The notes: generated from the sequence alone by a model not told the origin. Positions 41,670 through 55,105 are shown, numbered from the stretch's first letter. The stretch: 64,000 bases of DNA from Chrysomallon squamiferum (GCA_012295275.1 CM022672.1:2666001-2730000), one strand, 5' to 3'. Made by a program: numbers and translations.

Positions 41670-41836
41670 TTAGGGATTTGAAGTGCAGCAGGTTTGATGG
41701 ATCCATGGGATTAGTCCTCCCCAGAGCATCATTTGGAATTTTTGCTATTCCAACCAGTGTCTCACCATTGGTTTAATAAATACTATAAATATTTTTTATG
41801 TCTGTGGGAAGGTGCATGGGAAAGATCTCTTGCAGC
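41670..41836 (+). mobile_element. Decayed SINE-like repeat (Meta/MESC-domain-like), most complete copy
   Basis: TTCCAACCAGTG...TGTCTGTGGGAAGGTGCAT...AGATCTCTTGCAGC. The same core recurs at several other places in the window. The family name is from memory of mollusc SINE consensus; boundaries are approximate. Confidence 0.55.
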
Positions 41837-41842
41837 GAAATG

Positions 41843-41879
<37 letters not shown>

Positions 41880-41882
41880 TTA

Positions 41883-41943
<61 letters not shown>

Positions 41944-43051
41944 TTTTGGAAATGGGTTTCTTCACTCATTATGGAAAAAGGTTACTTTAAAAGCCATTTG
42001 AGTTTAATTAAAAAGGAGTTTCTTTGAAAGAGATTTGGGAATATAAAATTTTATTTGAGAAATATTAAAGAAATAACCGGGTAATCACAAACAAGAAGAT
42101 AAGTTGGCAAGTTAGATAACCAGACAGGAAAAAGGTTTCTAAACGGACCTTACAACCTCCCCCCTCTCCACAGGTATCTGGACTGGCACTCTATCTACAA
42201 CTTAACAACACAGTCGGATGCACCATCCATCTCTACCACTGATACCAGCAGGAAGCAATTTAATATTAGGTAACCATGAAAATTGGTTTGAAAACAATAA
42301 CAGTCCTGTGTGTAAGACATAACATGAAATTCCCATCATTCAATGACACTGCAGATTAGCCAACCCTCAAACAGAGTTCATCACACTTAATGACAATGTG
42401 TGCGTAGCCACATACAATTACCTTTCAGATGACGATGTTACCACTATGCAGTTGTTTTATTCTGACTTTTTGTCCTTTGCAAATGATTTTCAACCTTTGT
42501 AATTACCATGATGGTGCTGCATTTCCATAATGCTGTTTTATTGTAAATTTTTCCCATGCAGCATAAAAAATTTAGAAAACGAATAGCCATGTTTCCTGGA
42601 AACATCCTGTTTACTAAAGGTTTTGAATCATGTAACACATATAAGCATGCATACATACACACATACAAACAAACATTCAGAAACACACACATATACATAC
42701 ACACATTTACAAAACATTTTTATTTTTGTCTTCTGTCAATAAGTTTAGTCGACATTTTAAATCCAGCAACTGTAAGCTCTTTATAGAATTAATAAATACA
42801 CACCTGTCAAATATAACCTCTGTGAAATAAGCTGTACTTATTATTACTGAGGGAAAGACAGACAGACAGACATGATAACCTCATTGTTAATTATCTCCTT
42901 ACCAAAACTCACCATGTAGTTGTAGTCTGTTTGTTTATTTGTCCTGAATTATTTTAAATTATTATCATTATCTTTATGACCATCACTGTTATTGCTATTG
43001 CTATTATAATTTTGTTTATTGGGTTTTTATTTTTAATAGCTGTCTAAACAT

Positions 43052-43150
<99 letters not shown>

Positions 43151-43682
43151 CAGTCTGTATATAAAATGTACACAAAATGAGTCAGACCAGCAAACGAATA
43201 TAAACAATCACATTTACGCTGAAGGGAAAAAAAATAAAAAATAATACGTACTATTACCAGTGCTCAGTCTGTATATACGAGTTTCACCAGATGAGTCAGC
43301 CTATTTTGAATACGTTTTCTTGAACTATGGAAAAATAAGCAGCCCAGCTGAATGCACAGCACATTATTTATGTCAAGGCCATTATTGCTTTAGGAATATA
43401 TTACAGACTGTGACCTGTGGTTAAATGTACTTGCTACAGAGACTGAATCACAGATGAAATATAACCACTGTTTACGAAATGATACAGGCGAGTGAGGTAG
43501 TTATATTTATTTACTTATGTACGTATTGAGTGTATGCTGTAGCTCAGAAGTAGCGTTCAAATCTGTTGTGCAGTTGGTCATGGGATCAAACATATCAGGG
43601 TACACTGTAAGTTATTTTTCCAGTTTTGGCCATTGCTCCGTTATTTGTTTTTATAATTTCAGAGTATGTGATCTCCTGTTAT

Positions 43683-43734
<52 letters not shown>

Positions 43735-44099
43735 CAAAAATATACAAACACAGGGATCATATAAGTATACAAATAAACATAATGTATATATTAACATCTA
43801 TCATCATTTTTCTCAAAAAAAATGCTGTCACAAAAGCGAGACATCATTTAGCAAAAACATCAAAAACTTTCAGAAAACAGTGCAGAATGATTGAGGTTCA
43901 AAATGATCAATCTGAAATCGTTTGACACGTCCCACAAAAGCCTCTACCAGTGAAATTATTTCTGTTTGTCCTTGTAGGTGATTCACCTGTAGCTTAGACA
44001 GAACTAATCACAATATCAGTCTGTTAGCTGGATCACATTACCAGGTAAACATTTTAATGTGTATTCTCTTCACCAAACTCATCATCTCTTCAGTGAATG

Positions 44100-44178
44100 G
44101 GTTATGATTTTCAGAGGCTGTGGTTACATTCTTCCCTGTTTATGGGAAGGTGCATATAAGGGATTCTTTGCTGCTACT
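44100..44178 (+). mobile_element. Decayed SINE-like core fragment
   Basis: TATGGGAAGGTGCATATAAGGGATTCTTTGCTGCTA, similar to the 41.8 kb and 50.2 kb copies. Confidence 0.55.
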
Positions 44179-44584
44179 GATGTTGAAAGAGTATTTCATT
44201 ACCTTGCCATGGTTATCGATTTAGATCAGATGTTAGATGATTTGCCTGAGACTCATGGGATAATTAATCACTTCTAAACTCTTACCTGACAAATCAGGTC
44301 TGGGCAGATCCATCTAATGAAGTCAGTTTGTGCCCATGTTAGGCATGCATGGACAATCTTATGTTACAATTTAATAAATTTTAAGAAATACATCCCACCA
44401 TTTATTTGTTTGTCAGTGTAAAACTTACCTCCTATCTCATTACTCAGCATCAGTGGAAACTTGTCAGGAATTTGGTTTAATAACAATACCACAGAGGAAA
44501 GTATTAAAATTTAATTACTACTGTATCAGTTCTGTACAGGCAAAGAAAGAAAAACAATAAGTCCACATATACCAACAAACAAAA

Positions 44585-44615
<31 letters not shown>

Positions 44616-44736
44616 TAAAAATAAAAATAAAAATAAAAATAAAAATAAAAATAAAAATAAAAATAAAAATAAAATTCAAATTCAAATTCAAATTATTTTT
44701 TAAATTAAATGTAATATACACACACATAAAATATAA

Positions 44737-44771
<35 letters not shown>

Positions 44772-45836
44772 AGATAGGAACAAAAATAACAATCTTTACT
44801 TTTCAGTTTTTATTCAATAAAATTTCTTCTTTAAAAAAAATAATAATATACTCATAAAATAATTTAAATGAAGCCTACTGTTATTTTAAGTTAGTAATCA
44901 TTCAAAAATACCTTACACAATTTGTATCTGAAGAATAAAAGAAAACAAAACAATGCTGATACACAGAATATAAACATTTAAAAAATATCTTTAAACAGCT
45001 TTTATTTAAATAATGATAATAAAAATATTAACATAATGCATAATATTCTCATGATATTTTATCTATCCATGCATTTTTCTTTTCTTTTTTTTCTGACTAA
45101 AAATAATGTATAAATATGCATTATCCAATTATTTTTCAATTTTTTTTTTTTCTTCTTCTTTCAGAACTACTAATATAAACCTTTATACTGTATGAATCAC
45201 TGGCTTGCTTTTCATCCCCACACCCTCCATTACTCTCCACCCTTTTTCTCTCTCGGTATCATATCAGTAAACACAACCTCATTTTTTTTTGTTCCACCTC
45301 CTTACTCTGCAGTAAACTTCTGCTTTATGAAACATACTATTTACCTGTTCTCAAATCTTCGAAAGCTTCAAGTTTCCCACGATCATCAGATTTATATAAT
45401 TGAAAGAAAAAGAAGAGAGTTTGTGTATCAGATACCCAGGTAATTCATCCCTAAGGGTTTGACCCTCTGAGTACTATTACAGATATAACAAAAAGATAAC
45501 CTGTCAGATTGGAGGTAAACTAAATCATCAGGTGGTTTCTTTTAATTTACTTCTTTCACAAAATATTTAAAGTACTTTTCTCTCAAATTGTAAAAAAAAA
45601 AAAAAAAAAAATAAAATAAAGATGGAGATTTAGATTAAAGTGATCTGGTGTATTTGTGTCATGTTTGGCAGTTTTGGGGATCAAAACCATGTGGCAGATC
45701 AGTTAGTATTTTTTTCTTAACTTTTAAAACAAGATATATGTTTAAAATTTAATATAGAAGATTTGGTTTTGTTAGTAAAACTATAAAACAAATAAACAGT
45801 ATTTAAAACAACCATAAATATACTCTCTCCAGTTCT

Positions 45837-45884
<48 letters not shown>

Positions 45885-46301
45885 TAACTAAAACACACCT
45901 GTAAGTTCTCTCTTTCTCTCTCTGTGTTGTCTCTCTATCTCTACCTCTATTAAATATAAACCCACACACACAAAAACACTCTGATAAATAGGCATGCAAA
46001 TAATAAATTAACAAAAAGAAGAAAAAACACAAAAGAACACACAGATCTATTTCACTCAAAAAAAAATCAAGACCCACATTTCCAAGTCCAGTCATTAGGG
46101 CACTGCTGCAATCAATATTCTTGTGTCACTTCGGAAAGTATTAGCATCATCTAAAATAAACAAAGATTAAATTACTTCCTTGTACTACAAATTTTTGACA
46201 ACCAGTTGAAATGACCAAAGCCATACAGTTAAACATGAAGCCATACATGTGTGTCTGTATGTCTTTCAAGTTTTCATCAGTATAATCCACTGAACACAGG
46301 G

Positions 46302-46341
<40 letters not shown>

Positions 46342-46859
46342 ATTAATTTTATATAAATACCTAAGCAATAAGCATGTACAACTAAGCATTAGCCTATAAT
46401 CAGTCTTATGAACTATTTTGTTTTTAGAAATCTATTAATCCAGTGGGCATATAGATGTAGAGGAGAAAAATAAAATAAAAATAAAAGCAATTATAATTTA
46501 ATTTAAATAAAATTAAATCAGAACAAAGTTAAAAGTAGTTTTTAAGTAAAATAAATTTAATAATAATAATAATAATAATAATAATATATTATTATAAAAT
46601 CTCTAAAAGTTTTTATAATAAAAAAATAAATAATTAAATTTAATTAAAAAAGTTTACACACAAAATTAATAATAAAATTATATATAAGTAATAATAATGA
46701 TGATGGTAATAACAAACATTAAAATAATATTAATAATAATAATAATTATATATATATATATATTATTATTATTATTATTATTATTATCATCATTATTTTT
46801 ATCATCAAAATCCCAGTCAGTGCCCTGTAAAGGAATTTACAAAACACATGGATGAAGTC

Positions 46860-47340
46860 TCAGAAATGTGTAGCAGACACGTGCCAAGCCGCCATTTTGT
46901 CTTGGGAAACTCCGCAAGAACGGACACTGCGTTACCGCGACTATTCAAAACACCTGTTTCAAAGCCCAGTCGTTACAACGGCTAACTGTCAGCAGGGCAG
47001 TGATCAGAGTGTTTCTGCTTTTTTATTAATAAACGTATACATTTTGGCATGCTTTCTTACCCTGACACATTCTTCTGATAAAAAGAGAAAAGCGCCAGCG
47101 ACTTTCTAATAATTGGCTCCATAGAGTATCCTCGCGAGACGTTTCGTTCTTATTAAATCTGACATGTGGCCATCGTTAGCTTGTCATGGTAACAAAACAT
47201 GAAGTCGACTGGTTCAAACAAAAAGTCTGGCGGACCTGTTACTGATAGCAGAGGTCATCAAATGATGAATTCAGTCGTTGCATGTCCAGTAAACAAACGT
47301 AGGGTGATGAAGTCAGAGGCGATTAGAGTTCGCAGGAAAC
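46860..47340. promoter_or_regulatory. CpG-retaining promoter/enhancer-like island with no assigned gene
   Basis: CACGTG 46878-46883, YY1-type GCCGCCATTTTG 46888-46899, reverse CCAAT 47112-47116, CCTCGCGAGA 47130-47139, X-box-like 47180-47193, GTAAACAA 47289-47296. Confidence 0.5.
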
Positions 47341-49086
47341 AGAAGGTGGAAAAGAGAAAGAATTTGAGCGAGAGGAAAATAAAAATGATCAAAGGATTGA
47401 AGAGTACATGAAAATCAACAACAATAACAACAAAAGGTCTTGAAGTGGGGGAAAAACAAGAGTGAAGAAGAAGAAAAGGAATTGTTGTTTGTGATAGTAA
47501 TACTAGAAGAAATTGTAGTAGACGTAGCTGTCTGGGAGAGTAGTTTGTGGGAGTTGTAGTAGCTTGTGTTGGTGTGCTAGTAGTAATGGTAGTAATGTCT
47601 AGTAATAGTATTAGCAATTGTGAATTAGTTTTAGAACTACTGACAAAATGAGTAGTAAAGATATTATAGTAGTAGTAATTATAACAATACTAGTTGTAGA
47701 AGTTGCAGAAATAGTAAATCAGTAATGAAATAAAGAATTGTAGTAACAGTGGTAGAATTAGCCCAGATAGTTACACAATCTATTGTAGATGTACTAAAAA
47801 AGAGAAATATTTCAAAAAAAAAGAAGAAAACTATAACCTAATTAAGAATTATAAGAAATTAAAAAAAAAAAAAAAAAAAAAAAAACTTAAATAAATATTA
47901 AAGAGTTTGTTTCGTTTTTGTGTTGCAGTATTATTCTCATCTTTGCCACTGTATTATAAGCCAGCTTTAGTGTGTGGGCTACATATCTGGTAAACATAAA
48001 TGAAGAAATGATTCTAATCATTCCAATCACTGGTCCAGTCTTTAAACTAAATAAGCAATAAGCTGACTGTGCAATATAATCTGAAGTTTAACCCACTTGT
48101 AAAGAAAACACGATAAACACAACAAAGAATAACCTGAAGCTCCTGCAGACAGACAAGTTGTATTATTATCAGATTAATGGATTATCTCATCAAAAAGCTA
48201 ATACCTAATTTAAATAGATCATTATTATTGTTATTTTTTTTTTTTATCTCTGGTGAAATCAGGATTTATTAAAATCCTTCTTGACAGCTTTGGAATGATT
48301 TTGTCCCCAGTTCTAAGAAATCTCATTAACTTTTTAATGCAGATAAGAAATCATCAGTGTGATATGTCAAATAATAATAAAGTCAACAGTGTAAACATGG
48401 CTAACAAACAACCACTGTTTAAAGTTGTCATTTATGAAATAAGAATGAATAAAACTGACCTTTATCTGCTTAGAAATCTCTCTCACACACACACACACAC
48501 AAAGAATATACGTATACATACAAACACATAAAAATTACATATACATGTACAATGTTTTATATATATATATATATATATTGTAAAATAATAAAATTTATTT
48601 TCTTATAAAACCAGATTGCTGCATATGGGACATAAATAAACTCACTCTAATTTTTTTTTTTCAAAAACAAAATATTATAATCCAAGGATTTAAAACAAAA
48701 GTACAAAAGTAAAAAACAACAACAACAAAAAAAAAAAAAAAAAATTGAAAAAGAAAAAGGAAAAGAAAAGAAACTAGAACAAAAACAGCCATGCATAAAC
48801 TAATTCTGACATTGATGGATGTATCTCTTTGTCTTTTGACTTGAAGGAAGACTGCTGATAAAAATCAAGTGATTTAGTTTGAAAAGTGTACGGGCAAAGA
48901 GGCCACACTGACAGCTATAATGTACATGTAACCATGCAGTGGATGTCTGTAGCTATGTGTAAAAATAATGTTTAGATTTCCATCTGTGTGTTTGTGTTTG
49001 TCTGTGTGTGTCTGTGTGTGTGTGTGTGTGTGTTTGTGATAAAGTACATTAGTCTGTGGTTAAGTTTATGTGTGCCTGTATGTATA

Positions 49087-49118
<32 letters not shown>

Positions 49119-49729
49119 CTAAATATTATATATGTATATGTGTGTGTGTGTGTGTGTGTGTAAAATGTTAAGTATTACTTCAAAGATTATACCTATCAGT
49201 ATTACCAAATAATAAATAAATAAATAAATAAAAATGCTTTAAAAAAAAAATTAAAAGTTCATATAGGATTACAACAGTTTCATTCTTTTCATAATAATAA
49301 TAATAATAAAAAAATCAACAACCAACCAACCAACTAAACAAAGAAACAAACAAATAAATAATAATAATAGTAATATATATTAATTGTTTTGTTTTTTAAA
49401 ATTAATGTATGAATAAATAAATAAATAAATAAATAATGCTACATTTAAGTACAAATAATTTATGCTAAGTTTTCATTTCCTTCAGTTTAAAAATAAAGTT
49501 TCCAGTTTCATTTCCTTTGTTTTGTTACTAGACTTTCAAAAGCTGTTTTGCTTACATGACAGTAAACAGGTTTTATTTTAACATGTTGCAGGCTGACAGA
49601 GTGAAATAATACAGACAGCAAGAGTGCCAAAATATAACTGATTAAATTTAAAATAGGTACTGAAAATACTACTGATGTAATAAAGTGCATAGGAATAAAA
49701 ACAATACAATTATTCTACACTTTCACTTA

Positions 49730-49827
49730 TTCACACACACAGACACACAACACACATACAAGCACACACACACACAGCACATACAAACACATGCACAGAT
49801 ACTTAGGCATACACGGACACATACACA

Positions 49828-49864
<37 letters not shown>

Positions 49865-49960
49865 ACCCAACACACAAACACATACACAGATACACAGGCA
49901 TACACAGACACATACACAAACACATACAGACATAAACACACATACATACGCATACATACT
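49730..49960. repeat. Degenerate CA-rich low-complexity tract
   Basis: Interrupted (CA)n/CATA/CAGA repeats; explains four overlapping ORF-track entries. Confidence 0.9.
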
Positions 49961-50189
49961 CATTTATGTTTATACTAAAATAATATATGTTCTCTATATA
50001 TTTGTCTTTGTACAAATCTTTTACTTAAACAAAGAGAAGGTATTAAAAAAAAGTATAAAATTCTGAAAAGAAACAAAAGAAAAGAAAGTAAAATCAAAAA
50101 TCAAAAAAAGAAAAAAAAAAAAGAAAGAATATGAAGCAGCTAAAACAAATAAATTTACTAACTGAATATAATTCTTATGATAATTTTAA

Positions 50190-50310
50190 TTTTAGCAGCA
50201 AGGGATATATTATATGCACCTTCCCACAAATTCTGAGAAAATTATACAACATCACAGCCTTTTGTAAGCCAGCACATCACTAGTTTGGAACGGGAATTAG
50301 TTTAATGTAT
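50190..50310 (-). mobile_element. Decayed SINE-like core fragment
   Basis: TAGCAGCAAGGGATATATTATATGCACCTTCCCACA is the reverse complement of the same core. Confidence 0.55.
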
Positions 50311-52096
50311 GTAGTAACAAAGACTAGTCATACAACTTCTCATATTTAAAGGGAAAAAAAAAGACAAAATTTATTATGTTCAAGAACTAGACCCAACCTC
50401 AGAGCTGCACTTACCTGTGTTTTTGTTACACTAGTATCACACTCATAGTTTTATCACACTGATGACACAAGCTGTGAATGGTGCTGATACTATGGAAACA
50501 AAATTATAGCAATTACTAAATACAAGCTTTGTTATTTTTATTAATTATTATTACAGTTTTTTTTTTGGCACAATAAATAAATAAATGTGTCTAGATTGTC
50601 CCACCAAATAACAAAAGTTTTTTTTTTTTTTTTTTTTTTTACTATGATAAACTCTTGATATGATTGTTAACCACACATATATTTCATTTGATATAAAACC
50701 ATTGTTTAAAAATACTCTGACAGCAACATGAAATAATTAAATTTTTTTCCATCATCAAAATATTGATATTCTTCTTAAGCACACATATATTTTACCACAC
50801 ATTAAAAAATATGTAGACTGCAGCTTGACATAAAATAATTTCTTCCTTTACTTTTCAGTATCAAAATGTTGATAGTATAAATGGAGCAGGGAAGGTGGGG
50901 GGGGGGCAGGGGAAACCAGTATAAACAGAGATGGCCAGAGACAACTGTAAGTAAACCCCCACCATGTAACCAGCATGCATTAATTAAACAACGTTTCTTG
51001 TATGGCACTCCGTGATATTGTAACAAGAAAGGTTATCACAGCAATGTAGTGGCTCTGTTTGTACAGGACAAATAAATATTTCTGATCTTTCTGAAGTCAG
51101 CAGAGAGGCAAGATTCCTGACACTGGCCTGTTATGTGTGCTCACGTGAAGATTATAGATTAAAAGTATGTAAGTAAATAAATGTGTGAATAATGTGTGGA
51201 TGTGAACAAAATGTGTATCATTTCTTTATGTGTGTGTGTGTTGCTTAGTATATTTATATGAGAGAGAGAGTGGTGGTGGTGTGTGTGTGTCTCTCTCTCT
51301 CTAAAAAGAAAGAAAGAAAGAGGAAAAATACTAAAATAAAAATGACAAATGGCAAAAAGTTAAAATAAAAACAATAAAAAACACCCAAATCCTTGAAGCA
51401 GATTTTATAAAGATTCTCATTAACAAGTCAAATAGTTTGAGAATACATTTCAAATTAACCGAAAATAAGGAAAACTTTGCCAAAAAGAGTTTCAACTGAC
51501 AGGGACAGATGGACAAACAGACAGACAGACAGACAGATAGAGATAGATAAATAAATAGACAGACAGAGAGACAAACAGAGATATGGATAGCAATATGGAT
51601 GAGATAAAATAAAAAAGGCAAGATGGAGAAAAAAAGGGAGAGGTGCAAAGAGAATGAAAACAAAAAGGAAAGTAAAGGAAATAGAGAATATCAGTAAAAT
51701 ACAAATACAGTGAAAATGGGAAAACAGGAATAAAGAAGGATAAATAAGGGAAGAAGTTTAAAAAAAAAAGTTATTTAAAAAAAAAAAATAAATAAGAACC
51801 CAATGGAATGACAGAAGCAGGAACTACAAAGAAAAGACATTTTTTTTTTTTAGAAAGAAACGAAAAAAGAAACAACAGCTGCAATATTATTTGCTAAGTT
51901 TTGGAGCACTTGCAGTTTAAAGTGACCTGTTGCATGGCAAGAGGTCAGTGTCATAGTTTCCATGCTTGTTTGCTTATTTTAGCATCAGAAGAGGTTATGT
52001 GTACGGACACTTAAGCTAAAAACAAACTGCTAATCTCCAAGGCCATTTATATTGTACTGTTATTATAGAGTCTCTAAATACACATGAAATATTATT

Positions 52097-52158
<62 letters not shown>

Positions 52159-52919
52159 TAATAATAAATAATTAAATAAATAAATTACTAAATAAATAAA
52201 CAAATAAATAATAGTGAAAATGATCACTTATAAAATGGACAGCCAAAATAAGAACAAAAAGTAATAGTATCTCTGCACTAAATAAATTTAGTGATCACAT
52301 AAAAAAATTTCTAACAGCAGTCATAATTTTATCAAATTTTTATTTAATTTGGTAACATACATCATGAAGGAATGCTTGGAAGCTACCTCAGAAAAAAAAA
52401 AAAAAAAAAAAAAATGATGTCATTTTCTGGTATTAGTTGAGCATCATATACTAAAAAGAAGAACAAAACAACAACAAAACCACCCAACAAATTATTATAA
52501 ATTGTTAATAATTTGCATATATAATAGACACAGACACAGAAGCTCTTTTCATAATTTATATGTGTGTGTTCATATGTATAGAGATACAGATTGATGTAAA
52601 ATAATACTGAACCAAGGACTGAGAATCTAAGATAAAGTGATAGAATGACCAAAGGCAGCCATTTGTTTTTGTTTACTTGAAAAAAAAAAATTACTAAAAG
52701 AAAATATAATAATAATAATAATAATGACAGTAGTAGTAGTAATGATGATGATGATGATGATGATAATAATAATAAGAAGAAGAAGAAGAAGAAGAAGAAG
52801 AACATAATAATGATGAAGATAAAATATACGCTGTGACATGTTAAGAAAGAAAGGCAAGAAATTAGTTCAAGGTAAAAAAATGCAGCCATTTCTATTTACT
52901 AATATATTCTATTTTTCTC

Positions 52920-52951
<32 letters not shown>

Positions 52952-53205
52952 TACATATTGCTTATATACATATTTATATATACAAACATTCTCATCTAAT
53001 GTAATAAAAATGCTAAGAAACAGAAAAGAAACATTTACAGAAGCAGCCATATTGTTTTTGAATGCAAAAACAAATTAAAATAAAAACATTCAAACATTTA
53101 TACAATAAACCCTTACACATTATCAGTCAAACAAATTTAACAATGATAAATGTATACATAGAAAAATGTGATTCCTTATGGAAGGGAAATAACTCTTATC
53201 TTTCT

Positions 53206-53240
<35 letters not shown>

Positions 53241-55016
53241 TTTTTTGTATTTTTTCAATCAAATACGTGCTGTTGTACATGGGTACGGTTTTATCTTTGT
53301 AGAAATTAAATAATACTGTTAAATAATATATTGCCCTGTTAAAAAAAAGTAACAAATATCTAAATATATATCTATATATAAAATTTATTCATGCTTATGT
53401 ATTATGTACTCTCTTTATTATCTTGAATATTCTTGGAACATTTATCACTTAACATTTATTAATATTATCCTTTTTACCATTTTTGGTGGGCTAACGTTTC
53501 AACAAGAAAATGTTTTATTTAAAATATTAAACTAATGTTTATGGAACATAATTATGGAAATAAGTCATTTGACAGAAAGGGTCCAGTTCAACTGGCTGGA
53601 ACAGGAAATAACTTAAAGGGTCCATCAACAGTGTTTGATCACATTATCACCTACCACAGAGCAATGTGATGCTTTCCAGAATAGAACACCTTAGTCTTAG
53701 TCTTTTAATAATTTTTACATCTCTATTACATTAACAGTTCTTCCTTATCTAAATACATTATTTTACAACTCAAAAGCAAAAGACCAATATGAATGCATTA
53801 CTGCTACATCACTCCCCAACAGCTTTATTTTTTATGTGTGCCTTACCAATAATACATCATCTTTTCATACTCCCTACTGCAGGGAACTGTTTGAAAATAG
53901 TAATATCTCTAAGAGAATGGTGAAGAGGACCGATTCCATAAACCACCATACCTCAGATGACTGCATTACTAATAAACTTTAGACAAAACAGTGTAATGCT
54001 TAGGCAGAATTACTTAAGGTTGCACTATAAAACAAAACATTACGCAAACACCAATAAAAATGATTTATTTTCGATAATGTTCGTCTTTACAATAAAAAGA
54101 AAAAGATCTCAACTTCTGTTATACAGAAATTAAAAATAAGAACTTGTATTTTACTGTCAAAACTATTTTGCAGTATGATATGAATCACAACTACATTTTT
54201 GTGTAACAATATTTGGAACAGATCAACAATCAGATTTTGTTTTCCTCACTAACTTGTATAAATGAATCACAAACGGTGAGCAAACTATTTTTTTTTGTCT
54301 TTGAAGAACAAGATACGTAAACAAAAAACAAATAAAAGAAATAACATTTCTTCTGTTGACTAAATTCAACATCATTGTAAACAGATTTATTTCCACTAAT
54401 TATATCCGATAGTACTCTAAATTTTGATTATCAACAATTTTTTCGTCTTCATTTCCCTTTGCACATAAGCATTTGTTTACTAAAATTATAAACATATCCC
54501 ATTAACATTACATTAAAAAAAAAAAAAAAAATTAACTTAAATAAAAACAAAAACAACAATAAAAAAAAATAAAAATTTTTCTAAATATTGTCCAAATTGA
54601 AGTCAACAAATTTATAATTTTCTCGAAATTGATTTGTGCTGCTCATCTGCACTGTTATTGTAACACTAGCATTTTGGTTGTTATGGCAACAGATGCAGTT
54701 TCATGTTATTGAGACACAGTTGCCTGCAGGTAGGTATCTAAATAAGACAACTGGAAGTGTAAAACACAGCTGTCTTCTGATGAAAAGTAAATGCAAATGT
54801 GGTTGTCAAGTAAGCACTTCTGTTTTCTCTCTGAAATTAGAAAGCATAGTGGAATCAAAAAATCATGTGGCCCATTTTTTATTTTATTGTTTTTCTAAAT
54901 CAAGTTTCTTTCAAATTAAAAGGGATAATGAAAGTAAAACATTTAGTTTATTTTACTTTTTTAATCAAGTAGTTATTACTGTATGTTTTTTTTTTTTTTT
55001 TTTGTTGTTGTAAATT

Positions 55017-55105
55017 TACAGTGAAACCTCTCAAAAGTGAACACTGTCAGAATCAGACCAAAAGTCTTGTTTATAAGGGTGCCTGATCTATTGAGATTTA
55101 TTATT
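55017..55105. mobile_element. Possible degenerate Tc1/mariner-type MITE relic
   Basis: TA + CAGTGAAACCTCTCAAAA resembles a Tc1/pogo-type MITE terminus; the partner TIR is only degenerate. Confidence 0.3.

Noticed and set aside
43493-43512. TGAGGTAGT let-7-like start
   Set aside because: Only the first 9 nt match; no hairpin.
45345-45445. Coding-looking minus-strand stretch QLYKSDDRGKLEAFEDLRT ending at a CAG|GTAAAT donor
   Set aside because: No usable acceptor or ATG before an in-frame stop, and no partner exons found.
47199-47411. Basic 70-aa ORF MKSTGSNKK...
   Set aside because: No recognisable domain and it runs into purine-rich low-complexity sequence; kept only as part of the orphan-island finding.
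50889-50912. G-run with G-quadruplex potential
   Set aside because: Essentially a poly-G homopolymer in intergenic DNA with no supporting context.
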